Source: an uncultured Gammaproteobacteria bacterium
GTDB taxonomy: Bacteria > Pseudomonadota > Gammaproteobacteria > Xanthomonadales > Xanthomonadaceae
Assembly: GCA_963710825.1 (NCBI GenBank)
Contig: CAVQBQ010000005.1
Span: 769,504-833,503 of the forward strand
Length of the DNA stretch: 64,000 nucleotides
Direction of reading: 5' to 3'
Below are positions 50,701 to 60,345 of the stretch, piece by piece (the first letter of the stretch is position 1; every line of letters begins with the position of its first letter). Position numbers and translations under genes: made by a program. The notes under the pieces are model-generated. The model saw only the letters and a program-made list of their open reading frames with translations. It ran no database searches and was not told the DNA's origin.

Positions 50701-51279
50701 TCATCGCGACAATGCGCGGATGCCACGATACAGCCTGCGCCACAGCCACCATACAAGCAATGCCAGGCAACCACTGATGGCGATCGCGAGTACCAGCGCC
50801 AGCCACGGATGGGCAAATGCCAGGGCCAGGGCGCCGACCACCGCCGCATCCTCGCCCAGCGAGGCGGTCCAGTTACTGACTGGCTCGGGCGAGGTGTTGA
50901 GCACGACCCGGGTGCCGGACTTGAGCAGGTGGCTGGTCAATGCCACGCCAGCGCCGGTGGCCAGCATGCCTGCCCCCAGGTGGCCATCGGGAGATATTGC
51001 CGAAGCGGCCAGGAACGCACCGGCGGGTATCCGGAGCAAGGTATGCAGCAGGTCCCAGCCCGAATCCACTCCCGGGATCTTGTCGGCGAAAAACTCGACC
51101 AGCGCCAGCGCCCCCGACACACCGATCACCCATGGCGACTGCGCCACCTGCAGCGCTTGCGGCAGGTCGAGCCAGCCAAGATAGCCGGCGATGCCGACGC
51201 CGAACACAGTCAGGTAGACCCGGATCCCCGCCAGCCACGCCAGCAGGATGCCGATCGCGAATACATGGGCTTCGCTCAT
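50701..51279 (-). CDS. DUF4126-family membrane protein
   Basis: Start at the ATG at 51279 (MSEAHVFAIGILLAWLAGIRVYLTVF...). Multi-TM. Confidence 0.5.
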   Translation of the reverse strand: MSEAHVFAIGILLAWLAGIRVYLTVFGVGIAGYLGWLDLPQALQVAQSPWVIGVSGALALVEFFADKIPGVDSGWDLLHTLLRIPAGAFLAASAISPDGHLGAGMLATGAGVALTSHLLKSGTRVVLNTSPEPVSNWTASLGEDAAVVGALALAFAHPWLALVLAIAISGCLALLVWWLWRRLYRGIRALSR

Positions 51280-51400
51280 CACGGGCGCTCCGCGACGCGG
51301 CACGATGCCGCAGGATTCATCTTATACGCAGCCTGGCTTTGCAGGCCGATGGCGACCTGCGTGCTTGACGCAACCCGCAGCGGCTGGCTATACCGGGTCG

Positions 51401-52195
51401 ATGAATGCCGCCCCGCCTCCCGACGACATGCCATCCAATGGCTTGACCTCCAACGACACGCCGTCCGCACCAGACGCCGGGCACCCCGCAGACCATGCAA
51501 CGATCGAAGAGGTCGTCGCCCACAACCATGCCCTGGCTTACGGCTTGCTGGCGGTGTTCGTGCTGGCGCTGGTGTTCGGTGCCTGGGGGTTGTGGCAAGT
51601 GCTGGTCCCGGCGTCCGCGCCCGCCGTTTCGCAGGCCCAGCTGCGGGCGCAGCAACGCAGGGCCGACGCACTGGAGCAGCGCGTTGCCACGTTGAGCCGG
51701 TCCGACCAGATCAGCCGCGAAGCAAACCGCGACCTGCAGGGCACGTTGGCCGAGCGCGACGAAGAGATCGCCGGCCTGCGTGCCGATGTCGCCTTCTACG
51801 AGCGTTTTGTCGGTAGCACCGCCAAGCGCCACGGCCTCAACGTGCACCAGCTGCAACTGCAGCAGCAGGACGGGCAGGCCTGGCACTTCACCGCCACCCT
51901 GACCCAGAACCTCAACCGCGGCGCGGTCAATACCGGCAAGCTGACATTGACGGTCGAAGGCAGCCAGGACGGCAAGATGCGGAAGCTGTCGTGGGTACAG
52001 TTGCGCCAGGAGCCCGATGCGCCGGGCGTGGATTATTCGTTCAAGTATTTCCAGCAGGTCGACGGCGACATCCTGCTGCCAGAAGGCCTGCAGCCGATCC
52101 GCGTGGTCGCGCACCTGGATCCACAACGCGGCGCGGCGCAGGAGCAGTCGTTCACCTGGGCAGAGGCCATCGTCAAAAGCGGTGCTGCCCAGTAG
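51401..52195 (+). CDS. Hypothetical single-pass membrane protein with a coiled-coil and C-terminal beta-rich domain
   Basis: Start at the ATG at 51401 (MNAAPPPDD...). TM helix LAYGLLAVFVLALVFGAWGLW. No domain recognised. Confidence 0.45.
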   Translation: MNAAPPPDDMPSNGLTSNDTPSAPDAGHPADHATIEEVVAHNHALAYGLLAVFVLALVFGAWGLWQVLVPASAPAVSQAQLRAQQRRADALEQRVATLSRSDQISREANRDLQGTLAERDEEIAGLRADVAFYERFVGSTAKRHGLNVHQLQLQQQDGQAWHFTATLTQNLNRGAVNTGKLTLTVEGSQDGKMRKLSWVQLRQEPDAPGVDYSFKYFQQVDGDILLPEGLQPIRVVAHLDPQRGAAQEQSFTWAEAIVKSGAAQ

Positions 52196-52241
52196 CCGGC
52201 GTTGAACACCACCGGAAACACTGTCGCAAACGGAGTTCTAC

Positions 52242-52550
52242 ATGACAGCGTCAAAGGCAACGCGCAGGGTGTGTCCCAAGGGGCACGTATTCCACAAAAG
52301 TTCAGACTGCCCAAGCTGCCCGGTGTGTGAGCAGAATCGCAAGCCGGATACTGGCCTTCTATCCGAACTGGTCGCACCAGCTCGTCGCGCGCTGGAAAGC
52401 AAAGGTGTTACCACGCCCGCCAAGCTTGCCAGGTATTCCGAAGCTCAGATACTGCAGCTTCATGGCATGGGTCCCAGCTCAATCCCCAAGCTCCGCAAGG
52501 CGCTGCAAGCCGAGGGGTTGTCGTTCAAATCCTCAAAGAGAGATGGATGA
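52242..52550 (+). CDS. Small Zn-ribbon + helix-hairpin-helix protein (RpoA-CTD-like)
   Basis: 102 aa. CPKGHVFHKSSDCPSCPVC is a C4 zinc ribbon. The C-terminal HhH-like motif LHGMGPSSIPKLRKAL is present. Confidence 0.5.
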   Translation: MTASKATRRVCPKGHVFHKSSDCPSCPVCEQNRKPDTGLLSELVAPARRALESKGVTTPAKLARYSEAQILQLHGMGPSSIPKLRKALQAEGLSFKSSKRDG

Positions 52551-53056
52551 CAAACCGTTCAAGCCGAAGTTTCTCCGCTCCGCCCTCTGCGCGGCAAGGA
52601 AAGCCTGCCACGCAACTGGACCGGCTACGCAAGTCGGTTTGAATCCGATGTTCCACGGATCGTGTCGCGATTGCAGTGTCGCCCCCTCCGCAGAGGCGAT
52701 GCCAGTATCCGTGATCCCGCTGCCGGCGGCATCCATGCGTGGTGTGGCCAGGCCGGCACCTGCCCAAGGGCCTCGCCTGCGGTTGGAGGACGGGGTATTT
52801 GCGGTGTCCCGCAGATGTGGCATGCCCTGACGGTCGTTGCGCGACAACAGCAATCCATTGCGGGGCATTTTTTTGTCTTGCTGAAGCTCGAGCTTGACCG
52901 GCCGGGCCTGCGGAGACCAAATCCGGATGGATCACGGCTACCATCGCGATGGCAATCGTGCAGGCCAGTGGCGGAGGCAGTGCCCGGCATGCAGTGAAGG
53001 CGGATTCGCGTACGCAAGTGCTTGAATTCGTGCATCTGCGGCCCCATCCTGAGCAC

Positions 53057-53446
53057 ATGGATCCCATCGCCGCCACTACTGAAATCCCTTCCGATTCACC
53101 CGGCTACCAGACGCTTTCCAAGCCGCTGGACTTCACCACTGCGGCCGCGGCCAAGGTGCGCGAGTTGATCAAGGAAGAAGGCAATCCCGATCTGAAGCTG
53201 CGCGTCTACATCCAGGGCGGCGGCTGCTCGGGGTTCCAGTATGGTTTCGAGTTCGACGAACAGCAGGGCGAGGACGACCTGGCTGTCGTCACCGACGATG
53301 TCACGTTGCTCGTGGACCCGTTGAGCCTGCAATACCTGATGGGTGCCAAGGTCGACTACACCGAAAGCCTGCACGGCGCGCAGTTCGTGATCGGCAACCC
53401 CAATGCCAAGAGCACCTGCGGTTGCGGCAGCAGCTTTACGACCTGA
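53057..53446 (+). CDS. erpA: Iron-sulfur cluster insertion protein (A-type carrier)
   Basis: Start at the ATG at 53057. ...[21 protein letters not shown]...STCGCGSSF is the canonical ErpA/IscA three-Cys motif. Upstream ORF extension rejected. Confidence 0.88.
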   Translation: MDPIAATTEIPSDSPGYQTLSKPLDFTTAAAAKVRELIKEEGNPDLKLRVYIQGGGCSGFQYGFEFDEQQGEDDLAVVTDDVTLLVDPLSLQYLMGAKVDYTESLHGAQFVIGNPNAKSTCGCGSSFTT

Positions 53447-53482
53447 GCCTGCCTGTCCGGCCAGGCTTTCCGTGCCCGCGGT

Positions 53483-53615
53483 TGTAGGAGCGGCTTCAGC
53501 CGCGAGCTTTTGGTCGGGCCCTGGTCTCTTGTACGTCGCTCCTACACAAAGCAATAAAGAAGCAACCCAATCCAAGACAGGATCAGGAGCTCGCGGCTGA
53601 GGCCGCTCCTACGAC
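53483..53615. repeat. REP-like element cluster F
   Basis: TTGTAGGAGCGGCTTCAGCCGCGAGCTTTTGG...CAGGAGCTCGCGGCTGAGGCCGCTCCTACGA. Confidence 0.85.
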
Positions 53616-53727
53616 AGGCAGCGGCACAGCAGAGCCTTCGTAGCGCCCAGGATCACATTGGGGCGCTGCCCGAGACAACGGGACACGGGCTCCGGCAAGG
53701 AGCGGATAATGTGTTCCCCTTCCAGCC

Positions 53728-54782
53728 ATGCCCGTCATGACCGTCAGCCCCTTCGCCTTCGTCGATGCCGCTTTGGATCGTGCCGATGCCTTGCGCGACC
53801 AGCCCGACGCACTTGCCGCCCTGTGGCCACGGGCGCGGGTGATCCTGCTTGACGACAGCGGTCGGGCGTTGGCTGACGACAACGGTGGCTTGCTTGCACC
53901 CACCGGCGCAGCCGTGGGCGGCGGCCCGGGCATGGCGATCTTCCTGGGCTTGCAAGACAGCGGGCTCCAGCACAGCGGGCTCCAGGACAGCGCGCTCCAG
54001 GACAGCGCGCTGCCCAGAGCAGCGCACTCCACGGAAGCGTGGGCTGGTTTGCACAGCGGTCAGCGACCGTGGCGCTGGAAGCCCCGGGACGTGTCGACCT
54101 GCGTACTGCGGCGCGGCAGTGGCCTGCGTTCGAGGCGACGGTCTTCGCGCAGGCACGGGCGGTGTTGCATTGGCATGCACGACATCGTCATTGCGGTGCC
54201 TGCGGTGGCGAGCTGGACTTCATCCGTGCCGGTTGGCTCGGCCGCTGCCGTCAGTGTGGCGACGAGCACTATCCGCGCACCGACCAGGCGATCATTGCTG
54301 CCGTCACCGATGGCAAGCGGTTGTTGCTGGGACGCCAGCGCACTTGGCCGGCGGGGCGCTGGTCGGTGCTGGCCGGCTTTGTCGAGCCTGGTGAATCGCT
54401 TGAGCAGACCGTGGCCCGTGAAGTGCTCGAGGAAAGTGGCGTGCGCGTGCGTAGTGCGCGCTACCTGGCATCGCAGCCGTGGCCTTTTCCCGGCAGTCTG
54501 ATGCTGGGGTTCATCGCGCACGCCCAGCCCGATGCACCCGTGGTTGGCGATGAGCTGGAAGACGCGCGCTGGTTCGACGCCCATGCCGTGCGCGCGGGGC
54601 TGGCCCGCGACTGGGATGGCCATGCGTCGCAGGGCGATGCGCACGGCCCGGATGCCCCAGGCAACGACGGTCCAGGCAGGGACGGTCCAGGCAAGGATGA
54701 TCCCGACAGCATCGTACTGTCCTCGCCGATCTCAATCGCGCGCTGGCTTGTCGAGCAATGGCTGCTGACGCAGCCCGGCTGA
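53728..54782 (+). pseudogene. nudC: NAD-capped-RNA / NADH pyrophosphatase NudC, apparently frameshifted in a 15-nt tandem-repeat tract
   Basis: The NudC-like N-domain is in one frame (53728-~53950, MPVMTVSPFAFVDAALDRADALRDQPDALAALWPRARVILLDD...). The Zn-ribbon (HCGACGGELDFIRAGWLGRCRQCG) and Nudix domain (LAGFVEPGESLEQTVAREVLEESG) are in another frame (opens at 53853, runs to 54782). The junction falls in the repeat CAGCGGGCTCCAGCA / CAGCGGGCTCCAGGA / CAGCGCGCTCCAGGA (53953-54012). Confidence 0.6.
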
Positions 54783-54870
54783 GAGCGTGCGCTCACACCT
54801 GTGGCAACCGCCGTCAACGCGGCTGCATGGCCGCGACGAACGATCACGCCAATTGCGTACAATCGCAGGC

Positions 54871-55785
54871 ATGTCGATCACACTGATTGCTGTCGTCATC
54901 GCACTTGCGCTGGGCCATGTCGCTCCGTCGCTGGCGTCATCGGTGCGCGATTACGGTTGGTTCGGGCGCTGGCTGCAGTGGCTCGACGGGCGAATGCAGG
55001 CCGAGGATGGCTTCTGGCGCGGGCGCTACGGCATCGTGCTGGCGCTATTGCCGCCGCTGGTGGTGATCGTGCTGTTCCAGTTGGCGCTTGACGCGCCGTT
55101 GCTGGGACTGGCTGGACTGGTGTTCGGGATCGCAGTGCTGTTCTATTGCTGGGGTCCGCGCGACCTGGACCTGGACGTGGACGCGGTCATCCAAGCCAGT
55201 GACCCGGTCGCGCGCCGCGACGCAGCAGCGGCCCTGTGGCCGGCCGGTGGCACGGTCTCGCTGGATGGGCCGTCTTTGGTCGCGGCTGTCTTCGCCAATG
55301 CCAAGCGACGCTGGTTTGGCGTGCTGTTCTGGTTCCTGCTGCTGGGTCCGGCCGGTGCGCTGCTGTACCGGCTCACGGTGCTCGCCGCGCAGGATGCCAT
55401 GGCGACGCAGCTGCCCGCCGGCACCCGTGCCGGTGCCCGCTGGCTGGCCAGTCTGCTGGATTGGCCGGTGGCGCAGCTGATGACGTTGGCCTTGGCGCTG
55501 GTCGGCAACTTCGACAGCGTGGTCGGTGCCTGGAAGGATCGCGGCGGCGCCTCGTTCCGGCTCGACGCGGATTACTTGTCCGCAGCGGCGCGGGCCAGCG
55601 TCAAGTCCGAGCTGGCCGACGAGGCGATGGACTACGTCGAAGACGGCATCGGGGATTCAAGCGCGCTGGTGCAACAGATGGGCGAACTGCCCGAACTGCG
55701 CGACGCGATGAGCCTGGCCTGGCGAGTCCTGCTGGTCTGGCTGGCGGTGCTGGCGTTGTTCGTGCTGGCTGGCTTCGTGGCCTGA
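54871..55785 (+). CDS. ampE: AmpE-like regulatory membrane protein
   Basis: Start at the ATG at 54871 (MSITLIAVVIALALGHVAPSLASSVRDYGWFGRWLQWL...). Multi-TM with AmpE-like N-terminus and length. Confidence 0.55.
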   Translation: MSITLIAVVIALALGHVAPSLASSVRDYGWFGRWLQWLDGRMQAEDGFWRGRYGIVLALLPPLVVIVLFQLALDAPLLGLAGLVFGIAVLFYCWGPRDLDLDVDAVIQASDPVARRDAAAALWPAGGTVSLDGPSLVAAVFANAKRRWFGVLFWFLLLGPAGALLYRLTVLAAQDAMATQLPAGTRAGARWLASLLDWPVAQLMTLALALVGNFDSVVGAWKDRGGASFRLDADYLSAAARASVKSELADEAMDYVEDGIGDSSALVQQMGELPELRDAMSLAWRVLLVWLAVLALFVLAGFVA

Positions 55786-55847
55786 GCGTTGCTCGCCTGG
55801 GCTGCTGGGGCCGAGGTTGTAGCCTGGCCTGGGCTGGGCTGCCGGGC

Positions 55848-56354
55848 TCAGCCCGGCGCCAGCCACGCGAATGGCATCCACGGCAGGTTGCGCAACACCC
55901 AATAGCCCAGCAAGGCGACCAGCCAGATGCGCGGGTTGCCAGCGAACGGCAGGAGCAGCCGGCGGCCTGGCAGGGAGATCCCGGCGGCACTGAGCGCCAT
56001 CCAGGCCAGCAGCGGCAGCACCACTACCAGCAAGGGATTCATCGCCAGCGCCAGCGCCGCATCGCCGTGGATGAGCGCATGCAGGGCGCGGGTGCTTCCG
56101 CAGCCCGGGCAAAACCAACCGGTCAATGCATGGAACGGGCAGGGTGGCAGCAAGCTGCCCTTGGCGTACGGATCAAGTCGCGAAAGCACCTGGAAGGTCA
56201 CGATCGCACCTGCGCCCAACAGCAGCGTCGGCACGGCTTGCCGGAGCCGCACCACTGTTGACCGGCCTGATGGGGTGCTGGTTGCTGATGGAGCGCTCAA
56301 CGTTGATGTAGAGCTCAACGCTGATGTAGAGCCCGTCGCTGATGGAGAGCCCAT
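55848..56354 (-). CDS. DUF2752-domain membrane protein (start uncertain; N-terminal Ser/Thr-rich stretch encoded by an 18-nt tandem repeat)
   Basis: Core ...CPFHALTGWFCPGCGSTRALHALIHGD... is DUF2752-like. The ORF extends upstream to 56399 through a low-complexity region. Confidence 0.5.
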   Translation of the reverse strand: MGSPSATGSTSALSSTSTLSAPSATSTPSGRSTVVRLRQAVPTLLLGAGAIVTFQVLSRLDPYAKGSLLPPCPFHALTGWFCPGCGSTRALHALIHGDAALALAMNPLLVVVLPLLAWMALSAAGISLPGRRLLLPFAGNPRIWLVALLGYWVLRNLPWMPFAWLAPG

Positions 56355-56364
56355 TGCCGATGAA
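56293..56364. repeat. Imperfect 18-nt tandem repeat x4 (CTCAACGTTGATGTAGAG / CTCAACGCTGATGTAGAG / CCCGTCGCTGATGGAGAG / CCCATTGCCGATGAAGAG)
   Basis: Direct reading. It sits between, and overlaps, the CD225 and DUF2752 ORFs. Confidence 0.8.
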
Positions 56365-56367
56365 GAG

Positions 56368-56652
56368 CTAATGGAAGTCGCCACCGAACAACGCACCAAG
56401 CGTAGCCAGGCCGCCGAAGAGCATGAACCAGGCGACCACGATCACGGGCAGCGACACGGCTGAGTAGATCGCCCACATCTTTGCCTGGTGCGAAGATGCC
56501 CTGGCACCGGCGATGTCGCCTGCGGCGCGCTTGCCATCGACCTGCGCGGCATGGACGATCGAGACGATCCCCAGCGGCAAGCAACAGAACAACGTGGTCA
56601 GGATCGCCCAGACCAGGTGGTTGGGAACGTATTCCCCGTGCGTTGTCGACAT
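56368..56652 (-). CDS. CD225/dispanin-family small membrane protein
   Basis: 94 aa. HLVWAILTTLFCCLPLGIVSIVHAAQV is the hallmark CD225 motif. Two TM helices. Confidence 0.7.
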   Translation of the reverse strand: MSTTHGEYVPNHLVWAILTTLFCCLPLGIVSIVHAAQVDGKRAAGDIAGARASSHQAKMWAIYSAVSLPVIVVAWFMLFGGLATLGALFGGDFH

Positions 56653-56791
56653 TTCACTCCCCTTGCAGATGGTGCGCGCAAGCGCATGGCGCGAGGGCGC
56701 GATCAGTCGGTACTTCCCCAGCCCGCGATGCTAGCAAGATCCCCGGCAAGTTCAATCGCGCATTGTGGAGGCAGGCGACGGGCCTGCCTGG

Positions 56792-58693
56792 TCAGGCGGC
56801 GTCCCCGCGCATGTCGCGGACCTTGGCTTCCAGGATCGCCGCGGTGGCTGCGCTTGCAGCGATCGGTGCTTCGGCAACGACATCGACATGGGCACGGAAA
56901 CGGCGTGGCACGCGCATGCGGCCCAGCCGGCTGTCGCGCTTGCTCCACATGCTGGACCACATCCCGCGCAGCGCCATCGGCACCACCGGGACCGGGCGAC
57001 GCGCGAGCGTGCGTTCGAGACCGGATTTGAACCTGGCCATCGTCCCGTCCGTGGTCAGCTTGCCTTCCGGGAAGATGCAGACGATCTCGCCTTCTTCCAG
57101 CGCCGCGTCCATGGCATCGAATGCGCGTTGCAGCAACGCCGGGTCCTCGCGCGCGCCGGCAATCGGGATCGTCTTGGCATGCTTGAAGATCCAGTGCATG
57201 AACGGGATCCGGTAGATCTTGTGGTACATCACGAAGCGCACCGGCCGCGGGATGCTTGCCGCCAGGATCAGCGCATCCATGTAGCTGACGTGGTTGCACA
57301 CCAACAGCGCCGGACCTTCGTCGGGGACGTGCTCCTCGATCCCCTGCGTACGCAGCCGGTACAGCGCACGGACCAGTACCCAGCTCAGGAAGCGCATCAG
57401 GAACTCGGGCACGATGGTGAAGATCCACAGCGCGACCAGCGTGTTGAGGATCGCCAGTGCCAGGAACACCTGCGGGATCGTCCAGCCAAGGTAACGCTGC
57501 ACCACGATGCCCAGCACGGCGGCCAGCACGATGAAGCCCGCGTTCTGGATGTTGAGCGCGGCGATTACCCGCGACAGTTCGTTGCGCGGCGTGCGGCTCT
57601 GGATCAGCGCGAACAACGGCACCAGGAAGAGCCCGGCGAACAATCCGACCCCCACCAGGTCGCTGGCGATGCGCCAGCCGCCGGGCTGGTGCAGGAACCC
57701 AGCGATATCCAATCCCTGGACCAGCGATGCACCTGGCCGCGCGAAATACAGGTCAAGCAGGAACGCGCTCATCCCGAACGCACCCAGCGGCACCAGGCCG
57801 ATCTCGACCGTGCGTGCGGACAGCTTCTCGCACAGGATCGAGCCGGTGCCGGTGCCGACCGAGAACAGCGCCAACGCAAACAGGTACAGCGTCGCCGAAC
57901 CGCCGAGGTTGGTTTCGGCATAGGTCGGCAATTGCGAGGTGAGCACCGTGCCGATGAACCAGAACCAGGACACGCCCAGCACCGAGTTGCGCACCGCCAG
58001 CTGCTTGCGCATCAGCCGCATGATATGCAGCGATTCCGGCAGCGGGTTCCAGTTGATCTTGAGGTCGGGCGCACCGGCATCGACCCGCGGGATGTAGCGA
58101 CTGGCGATATTGCCGGCGATCGCAAAGGCGACGACCGCCGTCGCCGCCGCCGCCGGACCGTGGTCGCCGGCAAGCTTGAAGACCAGCCCCCCAAAGATCA
58201 TGCCGGTGAGGATCGACAGCGACGTCCCCATTTCCACCAGGCCGTTGCCGCCGGTGAGCTCTTCCGGCGCAAGCACCGATGGCAAGATCGAATATTTGAC
58301 CGGGCCGAACAGCGTCGAATGCAGTCCGGTGCTGAACAACGCGACCAACAGCACCGGCAGGCTCTGGATGAAGAAGCCGACGGCAGCCACGGCCATGATG
58401 CCGATTTCCAGCGCCGTGGTGATGCGGATCAGTTTCGACTTTTCCAGCTTCTCGGCGATCTGTCCCGCGGTCGCGGAGAACAGGAAGAACGGCAGGATGA
58501 ACAGCGCCGGCGCCAGGTTGGTATACAGCGTGCGCTCGTCCGGGCTGACCCCCAGCCAGAACAACAGCCCGATGATCGCCTGTCGGTAGACGTTGTCGTT
58601 GAATGCATTGAGCGACTGCACCGCGAAGAACGGCGCAAAGCGCCGCTGCCGCAACAGTTCGAACTGCGAATGCTGCCTGGAATCCTGCGCCAT
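56792..58693 (-). CDS. lplT: Lysophospholipid transporter LplT (MFS) fused to a PlsC-type acyltransferase domain
   Basis: Start at the ATG at 58693 (MAQDSRQHSQFELLRQRRFAPFF...). 12-TM MFS followed by the acyltransferase HxxxxD motif (LLVCNHVSYMDALIL) and FPEGKLT. The ORF's upstream extension runs into REP sequence (…ELAAEAAPT…) and is rejected. Confidence 0.8.
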   Translation of the reverse strand: MAQDSRQHSQFELLRQRRFAPFFAVQSLNAFNDNVYRQAIIGLLFWLGVSPDERTLYTNLAPALFILPFFLFSATAGQIAEKLEKSKLIRITTALEIGIMAVAAVGFFIQSLPVLLVALFSTGLHSTLFGPVKYSILPSVLAPEELTGGNGLVEMGTSLSILTGMIFGGLVFKLAGDHGPAAAATAVVAFAIAGNIASRYIPRVDAGAPDLKINWNPLPESLHIMRLMRKQLAVRNSVLGVSWFWFIGTVLTSQLPTYAETNLGGSATLYLFALALFSVGTGTGSILCEKLSARTVEIGLVPLGAFGMSAFLLDLYFARPGASLVQGLDIAGFLHQPGGWRIASDLVGVGLFAGLFLVPLFALIQSRTPRNELSRVIAALNIQNAGFIVLAAVLGIVVQRYLGWTIPQVFLALAILNTLVALWIFTIVPEFLMRFLSWVLVRALYRLRTQGIEEHVPDEGPALLVCNHVSYMDALILAASIPRPVRFVMYHKIYRIPFMHWIFKHAKTIPIAGAREDPALLQRAFDAMDAALEEGEIVCIFPEGKLTTDGTMARFKSGLERTLARRPVPVVPMALRGMWSSMWSKRDSRLGRMRVPRRFRAHVDVVAEAPIAASAATAAILEAKVRDMRGDAA

Positions 58694-58749
58694 GCAACCC
58701 TCCCCGGGAAGGCGACGAGTGTAGCCCGGAAGCCGGCTTCTGCTTGCTG

Positions 58750-58858
58750 TCGTAGGAGCGGCTTCAGCCGCGAGCTCTTGATTGTGTGTTCGCTCCTGCA
58801 AATGCAAGGAACCAGGAAACCAGGGTCAAGGGCTCGCGGCTGAAGCCGCTCCTACAGG
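58750..58858. repeat. REP-like element cluster G
   Basis: GTAGGAGCGGCTTCAGCCGCGAGCTCTTGATTGTG...GGGTCAAGGGCTCGCGGCTGAAGCCGCTCCTACAGG. Confidence 0.85.
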
Positions 58859-58862
58859 GACA

Positions 58863-60155
58863 CTATTTTTGCTGCTCGCGCTCTATGGCACGCCAGCCGA
58901 TGTCGCTGCGGTGGAACTCGCCATCCCAGGTGATCTTCGCCACGCCATCGAGCGCCAGCTGCCGCGCCTCGGCCACGTTGTCGCCCAGCGCGCAGACGCA
59001 CAGCACGCGGCCGCCCGCAGTCACCACGGCACCATCGCCATCGAACTTCGAGCCAGCATGGAACACCTTCGTGCCAATCGGCTGCACCGCGTCCAGCCCA
59101 GAGATCGCATCCCCCGTACGCGGCTTGCCCGGATAACCTTCGGCCGCCATGACGATGCCCAGCGACGGGCGCGGGTTCCAGCGCGCGTCCATGGTGTCGA
59201 GCTGCCCGTCGATCGCGGCTTCCACCAGGTCGACCAGGTCCGATTGCAGTCGCAACAGGACCGGCTGCGTTTCCGGGTCACCAAAACGCACGTTGAATTC
59301 GATCACCTTCGGTGCGCCCGATGCGTCGATCATCAGCCCGGCATACAGGAAGCCGCTAAACGGCATGCCGTCGGCCGCCATCCCCTGCACGGTAGGCTCG
59401 ACGACTTCGCGCATGATCCGCAGTTCCACTTCGGGCGTCACCACCGGGGCGGGCGAGTACGCACCCATGCCGCCGGTATTGGGCCCGGTGTCGCCGTTGC
59501 CGACGCGCTTGTGGTCCTGCGAGGTCGCCATCGGCAACACGCCTTGGCCGTCGACCATCGAGATGAAGCTGGCCTCCTCGCCGTCGAGGAATTCCTCGAT
59601 GACCACGCGTGACCCCGCCGCACCAAAGGCGTTGCCCGAGAGCATGTCGGTCACCGCGGCTTCGGCTTCAGCCAGTGTCATGGCGACCACGACGCCCTTG
59701 CCGGCAGCCAGGCCATCGGCCTTGATGACGATGGGCGCACCTTGTTTACGGACATCCGCCAGCGCGGAATCCAGGTCGTCATGCACTGCGTAATGCGCGG
59801 TGGGAATGCCGTGGCGCGCGAGGAAATCCTTGGCGAAGGCCTTGCTGCCCTCGAGCTGCGCGGCGGCTGCCGTTGGACCGAAGATGCGTTTGCCTGCGGC
59901 ACGGAACCGGTCGACCACGCCGGCAACCAGTGGGCCTTCCGGGCCGACCACGGTCAGCGCGATGCCTTCGTCTTTGGCCAGTGCCAGTAGTGCTTCGATG
60001 TCCCCCACGCCGACATCGACATTGCGACACTTGTCCTCGCGTGCGGTCCCGGCGTTACCGGGCGCGACCAGTACTTCGTCGACGCGCGGCGACTGTGCCA
60101 GCTTCCAGGCCAGCGCATGTTCGCGTCCGCCGGCACCAATGACGAGGATTTTCAT
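58863..60155 (-). CDS. purD: Phosphoribosylamine--glycine ligase
   Basis: Start at the ATG at 60155 (MKILVIGAGGREHALAWKLAQSPRV...). Canonical PurD with ATP-grasp. The upstream 46 codons of the ORF overlap REP cluster H and are rejected. Confidence 0.92.
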   Translation of the reverse strand: MKILVIGAGGREHALAWKLAQSPRVDEVLVAPGNAGTAREDKCRNVDVGVGDIEALLALAKDEGIALTVVGPEGPLVAGVVDRFRAAGKRIFGPTAAAAQLEGSKAFAKDFLARHGIPTAHYAVHDDLDSALADVRKQGAPIVIKADGLAAGKGVVVAMTLAEAEAAVTDMLSGNAFGAAGSRVVIEEFLDGEEASFISMVDGQGVLPMATSQDHKRVGNGDTGPNTGGMGAYSPAPVVTPEVELRIMREVVEPTVQGMAADGMPFSGFLYAGLMIDASGAPKVIEFNVRFGDPETQPVLLRLQSDLVDLVEAAIDGQLDTMDARWNPRPSLGIVMAAEGYPGKPRTGDAISGLDAVQPIGTKVFHAGSKFDGDGAVVTAGGRVLCVCALGDNVAEARQLALDGVAKITWDGEFHRSDIGWRAIEREQQK

Positions 60156-60179
60156 TGTCGACTCCCTGTGGTTGGCCGC

Positions 60180-60345
60180 CGTAGGAGCGGCTTCAGCCGC
60201 GAGCTCTTGAGCTTGTTGTTGCCGCTGCAGGAGCGACGTGAGTCGCGATCGGTCTACCGGAACACCTGATCGCGACTCACGTCGCTCCTGCAAAAGCCCG
60301 AATCACAAGCTCGCGGCTGAAGCCGCTCCTACACGTCGCGGTCAG
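60180..60345. repeat. REP-like element cluster H (outer + inner arm pairs, fully nested palindrome)
   Basis: GTAGGAGCGGCTTCAGCCGCGAGCTCTTGAGC...GCAGGAGCGACGTGAGTCGCGATCGG...GATCGCGACTCACGTCGCTCCTGC...CAAGCTCGCGGCTGAAGCCGCTCCTACA. Confidence 0.9.

Noticed and set aside
53096-53575. 159-aa minus-strand ORF over erpA
   Set aside because: Antisense to a strongly conserved erpA; it has no features.
56703-57428. 241-aa ORF antisense to lplT
   Set aside because: Arg/Gly/Pro-rich with no domain. The sense strand encodes a well-supported MFS transporter.
58731-58807. N-terminal 38 residues of the lplT ORF (…ELAAEAAPT…) and similar LAAEAAPT / VGAASAAS peptides at the ends of several ORFs (purD, HK)
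   Set aside because: They are translations of REP-element arms, not protein sequence. The true starts lie inside at conserved N-termini.
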